Below, piece after piece: positions 48,618 to 59,774 of a stretch of 64,000 bases of DNA. The stretch spans positions 32,001 through 96,000 of the forward strand of contig JBJOKS010000019.1 in assembly GCA_046045965.1 (NCBI GenBank). The letters run 5' to 3'. The notes beneath the pieces are model-generated. The model was not told where the DNA came from and did not search any database. It saw nothing but the letters and a program-made list of their open reading frames with translations. The stretch comes from Cyanobacteriota bacterium (GTDB taxonomy: Bacteria > Cyanobacteriota > Cyanobacteriia > Cyanobacteriales > Nostocaceae). The translations under genes and the position numbers were made by a program. Numbering within the stretch: the first letter of the stretch is position 1; each line of letters begins with the position of its first letter.

Positions 48618-49631
48618 ATGTTAAACTATTTAGAAAATCTCAAGCATTCTACCTTGAAACTACGGAAATATCTGAGTATTTTTTTTATTAGTACCTATTT
48701 ACTATTTGCTTGTCATACTTCGACACCAACAGAATTAAAACGCCCTCCCTTGAAAATACCATCTGGATATTTTGTTGGGGAGTATCCAGGCATCATTGCT
48801 CAAGAAAAAGGATTCTTCAAAGCCCAAGGGGTCGATGTGAAACTAATTCATAAACAGTATATCCAATTGGTACAAGCAAATTTTAATGCGGGTAAGTATG
48901 ATGGCATTATATCTTCTTTGGGAAGTTTTATGATCTTGAGTGCCACAAATCCAGATATACAAGGTGTGATGGTTGTAGATGAATCAACAGGAGCAGATGC
49001 AGTAGTCGCCCAATCAGAAATTAAAACCGTTGCTGACTTGAAAGGTAAAAAGCTGGGTACAAATATAGGCGGTTTTAGCGAAGTTTTCGTGACTGAAATG
49101 TTGAAAAAAGCTAACTTAACCAGGGATGACGTGAACTTGGTTAAATTAGAGGCTTCAGAAATTCCTCAAAGCCTAAAAAATAATGTTATTCAAGCCGGAA
49201 ACACTTGGGAACCCCATATTTCTAAAGCTATAAAATCAGGGGGACATATTTTATTTACCAGCAAACAAACCCCAGGCTTGATTTTAGATCTGATGGTCTT
49301 TCGCAAAGAGATAATCCGCGATCGCCCCGAAGATGTGCATGCATTTTTGCGAGCATGGCTGCAAGCAGTAAACTACTGGAAAGCAAATGTTCAAGAAGGA
49401 AACGCTATCATCAGCAAAGTGTTAAAAATTCCTAGCAATACAATCTCTCTTGAGGGAGTAAATCTAACTGATTTAGCAGAAAATCAAAAATTCTTTCAAT
49501 CTACGAACCCTAACTCCATCTACAAAACGGCCAAGATATATGCAGACTTTTTTATTCGCGCTGGAAACATAACGCGCCTTCCTGAGTTAAAAAGTTTGTT
49601 CAATTCTTCTTTCTTGAATCCTATCTCCTAG
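48618..49631 (+). CDS. NMT1/SsuA/THI5-like periplasmic substrate-binding lipoprotein
   Basis: Lipobox LFAC, IAQEKGFF, S.GADAVV, DLKGKK.G, WEP. Confidence 0.85.
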   Translation: MLNYLENLKHSTLKLRKYLSIFFISTYLLFACHTSTPTELKRPPLKIPSGYFVGEYPGIIAQEKGFFKAQGVDVKLIHKQYIQLVQANFNAGKYDGIISSLGSFMILSATNPDIQGVMVVDESTGADAVVAQSEIKTVADLKGKKLGTNIGGFSEVFVTEMLKKANLTRDDVNLVKLEASEIPQSLKNNVIQAGNTWEPHISKAIKSGGHILFTSKQTPGLILDLMVFRKEIIRDRPEDVHAFLRAWLQAVNYWKANVQEGNAIISKVLKIPSNTISLEGVNLTDLAENQKFFQSTNPNSIYKTAKIYADFFIRAGNITRLPELKSLFNSSFLNPIS

Positions 49632-49640
49632 TATAAAGCC

Positions 49641-51419
49641 ATGCAGCAGACTTTTTTGGGTGGAATTCGTAGAAAGTTGATCGCCTCATTTCTAATTGTT
49701 GCTTTAATTCCGTTGCTGTTATTGGCATCTATTAACAAACAAACAACAGAAAACGCACTTACTGAAAATGCAAAACAGGCTTTATCTGCGGCGGCTAAGG
49801 AAACAACTAACAAAATAGATGCTTTTATTGATGCCAATCTCAATGCTGTGCGCGTAGAGGCAATTTTACCAGGTTTGGCACGTTACCTTAGCCTCACTCC
49901 ACAACAGCGAAATGATAGCCCCGAAATGCAATTGGCAACAGAAACATTAAGCCGTCTTAGTCGCAAAGATATGTTCAACATTCTCTCATACTCCTTGCTC
50001 GATTTAAACGGGAAAAATGTATTGGATACGAAAACATCAAATATTGGCAAAGACGAATCAGCAACAGATTATTTTCAACAAACTCTGCATACTGGCTTAT
50101 CTTTTGTTTCTAGCATGAAGCGATCACCAAAAATTCCTGATCTGGTTACTCTCTTTTTTAGTAGTCCAGTTCGCAATGTCAAGGGCGATATATTGGGTGT
50201 ATTGCGAGTTTCTTACAATGCGACTGTTGTGCAGCAATTAGTAACTAGAGAAACTGAGAAAGCTGGGGCTAAATCTTTTGCTATTCTTTTGGATGAAAAT
50301 AATATTTATCTCGCACATAGTACAGCACCAGAGCTAGTTTTTAAATCAATTGTGCCTCTGCCTTTGGCTGTTGTAAATCAACTGCAAAAAGAAGATCGTT
50401 TACCTAATTCTCCTATTAAAGAATTGGCAACTAATGAGCCAAAACTCAAGCAAGCATTAGATAATAAACAATCGTATTTAATTACATCTTTGGCAGCAAC
50501 AGAGAAGCAGGTAAATCTGATTGCGATCGCTCATTTAAAATATAAACCTTGGTCTGTGTTATTTGCACAACCCCTTAGTGTTGCCCTAGCACCTGTAGAA
50601 AAGCAAATTCGTGACGCAATGTTTCTATTTACAATTATCGCTTCAGTAGTGACAATTATTGCTTTTGCTATTGGGCAACTGCTAACAAAGCCAATAATTT
50701 ACCTTACAAATATAGTGTCCCAGTTTACCGCAGGTAATTTAGATATCCGCGCCAAAGTTGGTTCAAAAGATGAAATAGGTCAACTTGCAAAATCGTTTAA
50801 CAACATGGCACTTGAATTACAAATATCTTTGGAAACTTTGGAACAAAGGGTACAGGAAAGAACAACAGAATTAGTAATTGCAAATCAGAAACTAGAACAA
50901 CTGGTAAATCTCGATGGTTTGACTCAAGTGGCTAACCGTCGCTGCTTCAATGAACGACTGCAAGCAGAATGGACTCGCCTTGCACGAGAACAACAACCCC
51001 TAGCACTGATTTTATTTGATGTTGATAAATTCAAACTTTACAACGACTATTATGGTCATCTTGGAGGCGATGATTGTCTAGTCAGAGTAGCTCAAACAGT
51101 GCAAAAAACAGTTTATCGTCCGGCTGATCTCGTAGCACGTTACGGTGGAGAAGAATTTTCCATACTCCTTCCTAATACTGACTTAGCGGGAGCAATTCAA
51201 GTAGCAAAAAATATTCAGCAAGCAATTCACGATCTAGCCCTTCCCCATGCCAAGTCTGATGTCAAGGATATTGTTACCGTTAGTATGGGAATTTGCTCAC
51301 TCATACCCTCTGTGGACATAAAGCCAGATATACTCATCAGTTCAGCCGATCAAGCATTGTACAATGCCAAACAACAGGGGCGCGATCGCTATTGTTACTC
51401 ATCAGATCAGATGACGTAG
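49641..51419 (+). CDS. Membrane diguanylate cyclase (Cache-like sensor, HAMP, GGDEF)
   Basis: Two TMs, HAMP DEIGQLAKSFNNM, DGLTQVANRR, RPAD I-site, RYGGEEF, ADQALY.AK..GR. Confidence 0.93.
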   Translation: MQQTFLGGIRRKLIASFLIVALIPLLLLASINKQTTENALTENAKQALSAAAKETTNKIDAFIDANLNAVRVEAILPGLARYLSLTPQQRNDSPEMQLATETLSRLSRKDMFNILSYSLLDLNGKNVLDTKTSNIGKDESATDYFQQTLHTGLSFVSSMKRSPKIPDLVTLFFSSPVRNVKGDILGVLRVSYNATVVQQLVTRETEKAGAKSFAILLDENNIYLAHSTAPELVFKSIVPLPLAVVNQLQKEDRLPNSPIKELATNEPKLKQALDNKQSYLITSLAATEKQVNLIAIAHLKYKPWSVLFAQPLSVALAPVEKQIRDAMFLFTIIASVVTIIAFAIGQLLTKPIIYLTNIVSQFTAGNLDIRAKVGSKDEIGQLAKSFNNMALELQISLETLEQRVQERTTELVIANQKLEQLVNLDGLTQVANRRCFNERLQAEWTRLAREQQPLALILFDVDKFKLYNDYYGHLGGDDCLVRVAQTVQKTVYRPADLVARYGGEEFSILLPNTDLAGAIQVAKNIQQAIHDLALPHAKSDVKDIVTVSMGICSLIPSVDIKPDILISSADQALYNAKQQGRDRYCYSSDQMT

Positions 51420-51490
51420 ATATAGCCTAGCTGTGAAGGGTTTTACTCCAGACTCCTGCTATATTTAGGCTTGCTGAGAAAATTACTTTA

Positions 51491-51534
51491 CTTCTTACTT
51501 TGCGCCTTTGCTCCTTAGCGCCTTTGCGCGAAAC
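51491..51534 (-). repeat. Solo copy of the repeat that brackets the GxxExxY gene
   Basis: Reverse complement gtttcgcgcaaaggcgctaaggagcaaaggcgcaaagtaagaag. Confidence 0.85.
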
Positions 51535-51611
51535 AAAAAACCTACAACTCAAACAAAAAAACCCGCATTTTTCGGTAGGATCACACACAGCCTAATTACA
51601 GAACTCCCAAA

Positions 51612-52667
51612 ATGACAAACTTACCAGATCCTAATATTTGGTCAAACCTACTCAAACAATTATTAGAAAACCAATCATTATCCCGCACCCAAGCAGCCGA
51701 ACTGATGCAAGGATGGATCAACGAAACCATCCCCCCAGAACTATCAGGAGCAATATTAACAGCACTTCACTTTAAAGGAGTTTCTGCCGAAGAACTCACA
51801 GGAATGGCAGAAATATTAAAATCTTTATCTGTTCAGACTACACACGACAACAGCCAAAACCCCATTCCCCTAGTTGACACCTGTGGAACTGGTGGAGACG
51901 GTGCATCAACCTTTAACATCTCCACCGCCGTAGCCTTTGTCACTGCTGCTGCGGGTGTACCAGTCGCTAAACATGGCAGTCGTTCCGCCTCCAGCTTAAC
52001 CGGTAGCGCCGACGTTTTAGAAGCTTTAGGTGTCAACCTCAACGCCCCCAGCGAAAAAGTACAAGCAGCAGTGGAAGCAGTGGGAATTACCTTTTTATTT
52101 GCCCCTGGATGGCATCCTGCACTTAAAGCCGTTGCCCCATTGCGGAGAAATTTAAAAGTTAGGACAGTATTTAACCTACTCGGACCCTTAGTAAACCCCA
52201 TGCGCCCCACAGGGCAAGTAATAGGTGTATTTGATCCCAAACTGATTGAAACCATCGCCCAAGCATTAAATAATTTGGGAACAGAAAAAGCAATAGTATT
52301 GCATGGTAGAGAAAAATTAGATGAAGCCGGGTTAGGGGATATAACAGATTTGGCAGTATTATCTGAAGGGAAAGTACAGTTAACCACCGTCAACCCGGAA
52401 GCAGCAGGAGTTACACCCGCACCGATCACAGCCTTAAAAGGTGGGAATGTGCAAGAAAATGCCGAAATTTTAACCAACGTCCTCAAAGGGAAGGGAACTC
52501 CAGCCCAACAGGATGCAGTCGCGCTAAATGCCTCCTTAGCGTTACAGGTTGCGGGTGCAGTTCCCCTATTAAATCATGGTCAAGGTGTGACACTCGCTAA
52601 GGAAATTCTACAAAGCGGTAGCCCCTGGAAAAAGTTGGAACAGTTAGTTGAATTCCTGGGGGATTAG
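51612..52667 (+). CDS. trpD: Anthranilate phosphoribosyltransferase
   Basis: [46 protein letters not shown]. Confidence 0.97.
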   Translation: MTNLPDPNIWSNLLKQLLENQSLSRTQAAELMQGWINETIPPELSGAILTALHFKGVSAEELTGMAEILKSLSVQTTHDNSQNPIPLVDTCGTGGDGASTFNISTAVAFVTAAAGVPVAKHGSRSASSLTGSADVLEALGVNLNAPSEKVQAAVEAVGITFLFAPGWHPALKAVAPLRRNLKVRTVFNLLGPLVNPMRPTGQVIGVFDPKLIETIAQALNNLGTEKAIVLHGREKLDEAGLGDITDLAVLSEGKVQLTTVNPEAAGVTPAPITALKGGNVQENAEILTNVLKGKGTPAQQDAVALNASLALQVAGAVPLLNHGQGVTLAKEILQSGSPWKKLEQLVEFLGD

Positions 52668-53643
52668 TATGTGAGTGAGTTTGGGGACGAAATTCCACAA
52701 CATTGCGTTTGATAGTAACGTCATAATTACCAAAAAAGTCATGTCCTAACAATCCCGTTTCCAGTTCTTCACCAGCGATCGCCACAGGAACCTGACTGAC
52801 AGTTACCCCGCCAACTTCCATCGAATTCAGGTAAGCAACGGGAAATTCCACATCTTTGGAACTCACAGTGTTAGCTTTAGCAATCCCCACAGGTACTACA
52901 CCTAAAGCCTGTGCTACTTGTTGAGTAATCACAGTGCCACTAGCGCCTGTATCCACAATCATCTCAAAACGCTGCCTACCATTAAAGGTAACTTCCACAA
53001 TGGGAGTACCACCCACTCGCCGCTTAATGGGTACTATAAAGACCTGATTATTGTAGGCGAGGGTTTCCGATGAAGGTAAAATCGGTTCTGGTGGTGGTAG
53101 TGGTTGTACTGTTCTCCCAGGCGTGGGACTTGAATAACGTTGTAGTTTCGGTTTTGGTTTGGGAACTGCAACAACTACCTGTTGATCCGGTACTACAGGA
53201 GATGCTAAGGTACTGGGGTTAGCTTTCTGTTTAGCTACTTTGATTTGACCTTGGTATTCGCCAATCTTTCTTTGAGCAAAGGGAAAATTAGGACTGTCTC
53301 GCCGCACTTGTTTCATGAGGGCGATCGCATCCTCAAACCTACTCGCTACCAAATTCCAATCATCAGGAGATTGGGCAGATTGACTGATACTCACAGCAGC
53401 AGCAGCTTGATCCAGCGCCAATTCTAAAGCACTTGGTTCTGTTACCGATGGTTCTACTTTTGGTTGTGGGTTGGCTGGTTTCTTCGCAGGCGGCTGTATC
53501 GCTGCCAAATTGCCAATAGGCACAGAAGGCTGACTACCGCCAGTCCCCTGTGTCTGTTTGTTGTCACTGCAAGCAATAGTCAAAACCGCCAAACTACCGG
53601 ACAAAAAAAATAGGGTTGCGCGGGATAAAAAAGACTCAAGCAT
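52597..53643 (-). CDS. Lipoprotein with retropepsin-like aspartyl protease domain
   Basis: Lipobox-like [23 protein letters not shown]; 3' end overlaps trpD by 71 bp. Confidence 0.85.
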   Translation of the reverse strand: MLESFLSRATLFFLSGSLAVLTIACSDNKQTQGTGGSQPSVPIGNLAAIQPPAKKPANPQPKVEPSVTEPSALELALDQAAAAVSISQSAQSPDDWNLVASRFEDAIALMKQVRRDSPNFPFAQRKIGEYQGQIKVAKQKANPSTLASPVVPDQQVVVAVPKPKPKLQRYSSPTPGRTVQPLPPPEPILPSSETLAYNNQVFIVPIKRRVGGTPIVEVTFNGRQRFEMIVDTGASGTVITQQVAQALGVVPVGIAKANTVSSKDVEFPVAYLNSMEVGGVTVSQVPVAIAGEELETGLLGHDFFGNYDVTIKRNVVEFRPQTHSHTNPPGIQLTVPTFSRGYRFVEFP

Positions 53644-53906
53644 AGTTACTTTCAGGTTAACCGCCCTGGGTCTCTCCAAGTGTAGCGTCCCCACAGAATT
53701 AAAGATGCTTCAAGCTTGACTACTTAATTGATGATTTAATAAATAAGGGATTGGTGATTGGGGAAAAAGTGATTCAATTTTGGATTTTGGATTTTGGATT
53801 GTTTTTCTCAACTCCAATCTAAAATCTAAAATCTAAAATTATTCTGCCTCCTGCCTCCTGAACTCCTGTAACTCCTGAACTCCTAAACTCCTATTCGATA
53901 TTACTT

Positions 53907-55064
53907 ATGTCTTTATCTGACCCAATACCCGCTTTACTTGTCCTAGCAGATGGAACTGCTTATCACGGTTGCTCCTTTGGTGCGATGGGAACAACCATCG
54001 GTGAAGTAGTATTTAACACTGGAATGACTGGATATCAAGAAGTATTAACAGACCCCAGTTATACAGGTCAAATTGTCATTTTTACCTATCCAGAATTAGG
54101 AAATACAGGTGTTAATCCCGAAGATGAGGAATCAACAAAACCTCATGTCAGAGGTGCGATCGCTCGCAACATCTGTCAAAAACCCAGTAACTGGCGATCA
54201 ACACAATCTTTACCAGACTACCTGAAACAACACCAAATCCCCGGAATCTTCGGTATTGACACCCGCGCCCTCACCCGCAAAATTAGAATGTATGGCGCTA
54301 TGAATGGTGGTATTTCTACATCTATACTAGATGAGGCTGAATTATTAGAACTGGTGCAAGCTGCTCCCAACATGGCAGGATTAAATCTGGTGCGCGAAGT
54401 CACCACCCCAGCAGTTTATGAATGGTCAGAGGCTACTACAGAAGCCTGGGAATTTAACCCAGAGGCTGTAGCTAAAATTGGGGAAACCTTCACCGTTGTG
54501 GCTCTGGATTTTGGTGTAAAACGCAATATATTACGTCGCTTGGCCAGTTATGGCTGTCGGGTAATAGTTGTTCCTGCCAATACACCAGCAGATGAAATTC
54601 TCAAATACAATCCAGATGGGATATTTCTTTCCAACGGACCTGGTGATCCAGCCGCAGTCACAGAAGGTATTAGCACTGCTACAACACTACTAGAAAGTCA
54701 AAAACCCATATTTGGCATTTGTATGGGACACCAAATTTTAGGTCATGCTTTGGGAGCAGAAACCTTTAAACTGAAATTTGGACATCGGGGTTTAAATCAA
54801 CCTGCGGGTTTACAACAACGGGTAGAAATTACCAGCCAAAACCACAGTTTTGCTATTGATCCGGATTCATTACCATCAGCAGTGGTAGAGGTTAGTCATC
54901 TGAACTTAAACGATCGCACTGTTGCTGGGGTACGTCACAAATCTCTACCTGTCTTTTCTGTACAGTATCACCCAGAGGCTAGTCCAGGACCCCACGATGC
55001 TGATTACCTGTTTGAGCAATTTGTGTTAGAAATGCAAACAGCACGTCAAACAGCGATCGCTTAA
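53907..55064 (+). CDS. carA: Carbamoyl-phosphate synthase small subunit
   Basis: [52 protein letters not shown]. Confidence 0.98.
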   Translation: MSLSDPIPALLVLADGTAYHGCSFGAMGTTIGEVVFNTGMTGYQEVLTDPSYTGQIVIFTYPELGNTGVNPEDEESTKPHVRGAIARNICQKPSNWRSTQSLPDYLKQHQIPGIFGIDTRALTRKIRMYGAMNGGISTSILDEAELLELVQAAPNMAGLNLVREVTTPAVYEWSEATTEAWEFNPEAVAKIGETFTVVALDFGVKRNILRRLASYGCRVIVVPANTPADEILKYNPDGIFLSNGPGDPAAVTEGISTATTLLESQKPIFGICMGHQILGHALGAETFKLKFGHRGLNQPAGLQQRVEITSQNHSFAIDPDSLPSAVVEVSHLNLNDRTVAGVRHKSLPVFSVQYHPEASPGPHDADYLFEQFVLEMQTARQTAIA

Positions 55065-55084
55065 GTTAATCAAAAGTAAAAATA

Positions 55085-55191
55085 GGTAATAGGTAATTGG
55101 TAATCGGTAATGGGTAATTGGTAATGGGTAATTGGTAATGGGTAAAAGTCTTTCCCAGTCCCCAGTCCCCAGTAAAGAGTCCCCAGTCCCC
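55085..55191. repeat. STRR tracts (GGTAATT/GGTAATG)n and (CCCAGTC)n
   Basis: Tandem heptamers downstream of carA. Confidence 0.85.
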
Positions 55192-55278
55192 ATCCCCTAA
55201 TTTCCAACCTAGACAACTTACGTCAAAACCATCTATACTTGAGCGTTTACTTTCAGTTAAGAGGACGAGGAGGGAGTT

Positions 55279-55641
55279 ATTGCTGAACCACTGAATCTAA
55301 CCGTGAGCCTGAGAGGTACTCGCGAAGTCCGGGATAACTGCCAGCTATTCCGCCTCACAGGTTTGTTAGATGCTTTTTCTGAGCCGACATTTCGCAAGGT
55401 GTTGTCTGGTAAGATTGAGGAAGGTCCAAAGCATATAATTCTGGATCTCTCACAAATCGACTTTGTTGATAGCTCTGGTTTGGGTGCGCTGGTACAACTA
55501 GCCAAGCTGGCTCAAACCGCCGAAGGCACTTTGCAAATTGTCACCAATGCCCGCGTTACTCAAACGGTCAAGCTCGTTCGCTTGGAGAAGTTTCTCTCCC
55601 TGCAAACTACAGTTGAAACCGCTCTAGAGAACATTAAGTAG
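55279..55641 (+). CDS. STAS-domain anti-sigma factor antagonist
   Basis: LTGLLDAF, ILDLSQIDFVDSSGLGAL; start either ATT 55279 (behind GAGGAGG) or GTG 55303. Confidence 0.88.
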   Translation: MAEPLNLTVSLRGTREVRDNCQLFRLTGLLDAFSEPTFRKVLSGKIEEGPKHIILDLSQIDFVDSSGLGALVQLAKLAQTAEGTLQIVTNARVTQTVKLVRLEKFLSLQTTVETALENIK

Positions 55642-55903
55642 TCTGAATTGCTTGATCACAGAAAATTAAGTTGGCTATCTCAATGATCAAGAGGAAGATG
55701 AGGAAGGTGAAGAGTATATCATTTCTCCATCTTCCTCATCTGCCCAAACTCCCCAATCTACCCAATCAGGAATATATATATAGTTTCAGTAATATTTGTT
55801 AGTTTTCAATATGCTAGGTATGTTATGATGGCATACTGCACAAAAAATAAATGTTCGTAAAGATAATCTTCCCAATGTTAGTAGGTCAAGGAATGATGAA
55901 CAG

Positions 55904-56383
55904 GTGAACCCCCAGGAGGAAGAGGCTAAAAATGCAGGAGATGAAACTGTAATACACAATTCATCTGACATTCCAGCATTGTTGGTAAACACAAAGCAAA
56001 TACCCCAACCAATATCCCAGGCACAAGTACAACAAATTTCTCCTTCTGCCTTAGCTTACTTGGGGGACGCAATTTACGAACTGTATGTTAGAATGTTTTT
56101 TCTGTGGCCACAGCAAAGGCCAGAAATTTACCATCGTTTGGTAGTGGCGCAGGTCAGAGCAGAAACACAAGCCTTACATTTGCGATCGCTGACTCCGCAT
56201 TTAAGGAGTAACGAGTTAGAAATTGTCCGCCGGGGTCGCAATGCTGCCACAGGCCGCCCCAAGCGACTCAATCCCGAAATTTATCAACAGGCAACTAGTC
56301 TAGAAACTTTAGTTGGCTATCTATATCTTACCGATTACCCCCGTTTAACAGAACTGTTGCAAAAACTCCATCTAGAGAAATAG
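55904..56383 (+). CDS. mrnC: Mini-ribonuclease III
   Basis: LAYLGDAIYEL, VRAETQA, RRGRNA, YQQATSLETLVGYLYL; upstream of rlmB; start uncertain. Confidence 0.9.
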   Translation: MNPQEEEAKNAGDETVIHNSSDIPALLVNTKQIPQPISQAQVQQISPSALAYLGDAIYELYVRMFFLWPQQRPEIYHRLVVAQVRAETQALHLRSLTPHLRSNELEIVRRGRNAATGRPKRLNPEIYQQATSLETLVGYLYLTDYPRLTELLQKLHLEK

Positions 56384-56479
56384 TAAGTAGCTCAATCTCC
56401 CGATAGGAAAATCAGTTGTAACAGTTCATTAAATTGAGGGAATCTCGATGCTCACTTATTTACTAAATTCAATAATCCC

Positions 56480-57457
56480 ATGACTAACCAACCAAGAAAA
56501 ATCAATCACACTGGCGAACCAAAACGTGGGCAACCCATCAAAATCAAGGGTAAGCGCGTTATTACCAATCCTATTCGTCATCAAAGCAAGGCAGAAGTCA
56601 AACCCATCTCTCGTAAACCACGCCCATCTCACCATTCTTCCCAGCCAGTCTTAGATATCCAAGCCACAGAAGAAAGCGAAAGCGATCTCATCTACGGTCG
56701 TCATCCAGTATTAAGCGCATTAGAAAATCAACGCAATCTCAATCGTCTTTGGATTACTGCTCGTCTGCGCTACGATCCTCGATTTCATCATCTAATTCTC
56801 CAAGCCAAGGATAATGGCACAGTTATAGATGAAGTTGAACCCAAGCGTTTAGACCAAATCACTAACGGAGCAAATCACCAAGGTATAGCAGCCCAAACTG
56901 CTCCTTATGCTTACATGGAATTAGATGATTTGATTACTAAGGCAAAATCAGTCAATGATCCAGTTATTGTTGTTGCTGATGGGATCACTGATCCTCACAA
57001 CTTGGGAGCAATTATTCGCACAGCTGAAGCAATAGGCGCTCAAGGTTTAGTGATTCCCCAAAGAAGGGCTTCGGGGATCACTTCAACTGTGGTTAAGGTG
57101 GCTGCGGGTGCTTTAGAAAACTTTTCTGTAGCTAGAGTCGTTAACCTCAGCCGCTCTTTAGAACAACTCAAAGAAGCTGGTTTTTGGATTTATGGAACAG
57201 CTGCTACAGGTAGTGAACCTCTACATACAGTCAAATTCAGTGGACCTGTCGTTTTGGTAATTGGTGCTGAAGGTGAAGGTCTGAGTATGTTGACACAACG
57301 ATCCTGTGATGTTTTAGTCTCAATCCCCTTACAGGGTAAGACTCCTAGCCTAAATGCCTCAGTAGCAGCAGGGATGGGACTTTATGAAATTTATCGTCAA
57401 CGTTCGTTAAATACCCATTATCTTGATAAATTACACACATTTTCTTTGAAAAAATAA
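56480..57457 (+). CDS. rlmB: 23S rRNA (G2251) 2'-O-methyltransferase
   Basis: [39 protein letters not shown]. Confidence 0.95.
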   Translation: MTNQPRKINHTGEPKRGQPIKIKGKRVITNPIRHQSKAEVKPISRKPRPSHHSSQPVLDIQATEESESDLIYGRHPVLSALENQRNLNRLWITARLRYDPRFHHLILQAKDNGTVIDEVEPKRLDQITNGANHQGIAAQTAPYAYMELDDLITKAKSVNDPVIVVADGITDPHNLGAIIRTAEAIGAQGLVIPQRRASGITSTVVKVAAGALENFSVARVVNLSRSLEQLKEAGFWIYGTAATGSEPLHTVKFSGPVVLVIGAEGEGLSMLTQRSCDVLVSIPLQGKTPSLNASVAAGMGLYEIYRQRSLNTHYLDKLHTFSLKK

Positions 57458-57545
57458 AACTAAAAGAGTATAAAGAAATGTAAAACAGAATCAATCCAAC
57501 ATATTCTTTAACACCCGATAACACGTTTATAAATTTGTCAAAACC

Positions 57546-57848
57546 ATGAAAACTATTTGGCATAACCTTAAAGAAGGGCTGATTAGCGTATCTAACGGTC
57601 TAGGCTTGGCTTGGTGGGTAGAGATTGTCACCCAAAATCCTCGTTGCACCTACTACTTTGGTCCGTTTTTAAGCTCGGTGGAAGCCACATCTGCCAGTAA
57701 GGGCTACGTAGAAGATTTAGAAATCGAAGGAGCGCAAGGAATTATTGTCAATGTCAAGCGGTGCAAACCTTATGTTTTAACCATTGCCGAAGACCTGGGG
57801 GAAAGGATTGACCGTAAAGTAAAGCCTGCCTTTAGCGGTCAAATGTAG
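57546..57848 (+). CDS. DUF1816-like cyanobacterial protein
   Basis: AWWVEI.T..P.CTYYFGPF, GYVEDL..EGA, RCKP..LT. Confidence 0.85.
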   Translation: MKTIWHNLKEGLISVSNGLGLAWWVEIVTQNPRCTYYFGPFLSSVEATSASKGYVEDLEIEGAQGIIVNVKRCKPYVLTIAEDLGERIDRKVKPAFSGQM

Positions 57849-57860
57849 TACAAATCCATA

Positions 57861-57900
57861 GGCTGTCATCGTTCCTGGGTTAATTCTGGGAACGCTGGCC
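57861..57900. terminator. Hairpin between convergent transcription units
   Basis: cgttcctggg-ttaa-ttctgggaacg imperfect stem after the DUF1816 stop. Confidence 0.45.
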
Positions 57901-57982
57901 AACATCCCAACCCTTCGGGAAGTCAAAAGTCAAAAGTCAAAAGTCAAAAAGTTTTTGAACTAATGACTACTGATTTCCTTTT

Positions 57983-58810
57983 TTAATCTTGAATTACCTG
58001 TGGATGTGCTTCTAACCAATGATCAATATCCCATAGTAGCTGCTGGGGAATTTCCCAGGGGAAAAGATGGGCTGTATTGGGGTAACATTGCCATTGAGAA
58101 TTTTTGAGATGCCGTGCTGTTTCTAAACTAGAATCAGCAGTAATATGGCGGTCTTCAGATCCAGCGAGTACGAAACTAGGACATTGTATTTTTTCCAAGT
58201 CCGGAAGTCGATTATAACCAGCTTTTATGGCGTTATAGAGAGCGCGAGTAGCATGGGGAGAAGTCTGTAAATAAGCTTGTACGGCTTCCCTGGCAATGTA
58301 ACCGTAAGCTGTAGGTGTATGTTGTTGGATTAAATAGCGAAAGAGCGATCGCTTACCAAAAGTTTCAATATTCCAAGACCAAGCTGGTTTTATATAGTTC
58401 AATATTCCCGCTACACCAGTATAAACATTATCCTGCCAAGAGATAGGCGGATGATTTCCCCAAGGTCTAGCTGAGGTTGCTACTAAAATCAGCCCTGTGA
58501 CTCGCTGTGGTAAACGCAGTGCTAATTCCATCGCCAAAATTCCCCCCAGTGACCATCCCAATACTAAACATTTTTCAATCTCAAAGCGGTCTAGGAGTGC
58601 TTCTAAGTCATCTAAATGGTCTTGCATGGCAAAATTGCTATTACATCGGCTTTTACCGTATCCGCGCAAATCTGGGGCAATGGTTTGGAAGCGTTTTGAT
58701 AAATGATCAGTGAAAACAGAAAGATTGCGACCAGTACCAGGATGACCGTGTAACCCTAAAATGGGAAATCCTTGACCTTGGATGTAGACGTTAAGAGGTT
58801 TATAATTCAT
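57983..58810 (-). CDS. Alpha/beta fold hydrolase
   Basis: LHGHPG, PDLRGYGKS, GWSLGG nucleophile elbow, G.ED, AH. Confidence 0.92.
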   Translation of the reverse strand: MNYKPLNVYIQGQGFPILGLHGHPGTGRNLSVFTDHLSKRFQTIAPDLRGYGKSRCNSNFAMQDHLDDLEALLDRFEIEKCLVLGWSLGGILAMELALRLPQRVTGLILVATSARPWGNHPPISWQDNVYTGVAGILNYIKPAWSWNIETFGKRSLFRYLIQQHTPTAYGYIAREAVQAYLQTSPHATRALYNAIKAGYNRLPDLEKIQCPSFVLAGSEDRHITADSSLETARHLKNSQWQCYPNTAHLFPWEIPQQLLWDIDHWLEAHPQVIQD

Positions 58811-58914
58811 AATTCATTATTCATAGTTGGGAATAGGGAATAGGGAATAGGGAATAGGTAATTATTAATTGGTAATTGGGTTATTAACCTTACCAGTTCC
58901 TAGTCCCCAGTCCC

Positions 58915-59661
58915 CTATTTTTCTCTCTCCAAAATACTTTCAATTTCTGATAACTGCACTGGTCCAGAAACATTTTTGCTACTGATAATAAAAGAAGGTG
59001 TACCAGAAAGACCTAATTTATAAGCCATTTGTAGGTCTTGTTGAATTGCTTTATCAGCCAAATTGCTATCGCGTTGAAACTTTGTTAAATCCAACTTGAG
59101 ATTTTTAGCAATATCTAAATATAAACTTTCACCCAGTTGTTTTTGATTAGTAAAAAGAGCATCATGATATGGCCAAAATTTACCTTGTTGATATGCAGAC
59201 CAAGCAGCTTTGGCCGCAGGTAATGCTTGGTCATGAATTTGCACCAGAGGGAAATGTTTATAAACTAAAGTGAATTGATTTGGATATTTTGCTAATAAGT
59301 CTTTGAGAGTTTTTTGTGCTTCTGCACAATAAGGACATTCAAAATCAGAAAACTCTATTAAAACAGTCTTTAATTGCGTCGAACCTGTGGTGGGAGATTC
59401 CCCAATTATAGCTTTGGGATTTGTTCTTAAATTCTGTAAAAAGTCCTGTCTTGTTTGCTGAACTTTTTGTTGCTGTTCTTCCTGATATGCTTGCACACTT
59501 TCGATAATTGCTTTGGGATTTTGGCGGATAATTTGTAATACTTGCTGTTCGAGTTGAGGGTCAATTTTAGTGTTAGCTTGTGCTGGGAGTGACCACAGAA
59601 GACACAAACAGAGTAAGCTAAGAATTGCCCAGATACGTAGGTTTGGAAGAATTTTGAGCAT
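58915..59661 (-). CDS. DsbA-family thiol:disulfide oxidoreductase
   Basis: Signal peptide, EFSDFECPYC, YKHFPL, GTPSF. Confidence 0.92.
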   Translation of the reverse strand: MLKILPNLRIWAILSLLCLCLLWSLPAQANTKIDPQLEQQVLQIIRQNPKAIIESVQAYQEEQQQKVQQTRQDFLQNLRTNPKAIIGESPTTGSTQLKTVLIEFSDFECPYCAEAQKTLKDLLAKYPNQFTLVYKHFPLVQIHDQALPAAKAAWSAYQQGKFWPYHDALFTNQKQLGESLYLDIAKNLKLDLTKFQRDSNLADKAIQQDLQMAYKLGLSGTPSFIISSKNVSGPVQLSEIESILEREK

Positions 59662-59774
59662 GATAAAAGACTAGATCCGTTAATAGGTGATAAGTCAAGA
59701 AAAAAACCCCACAACACAGGTGGGGAATAACAAAAAACACAGCTTGGATAAATAAGAAATGCTGGGAAAGTAGA

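Noticed and set aside
51833..52486. 217-aa antisense ORF within trpD, and similar shadows such as 9021-9506 and 61288-61611
   Set aside because: They lie opposite well-supported genes and have no recognisable motifs
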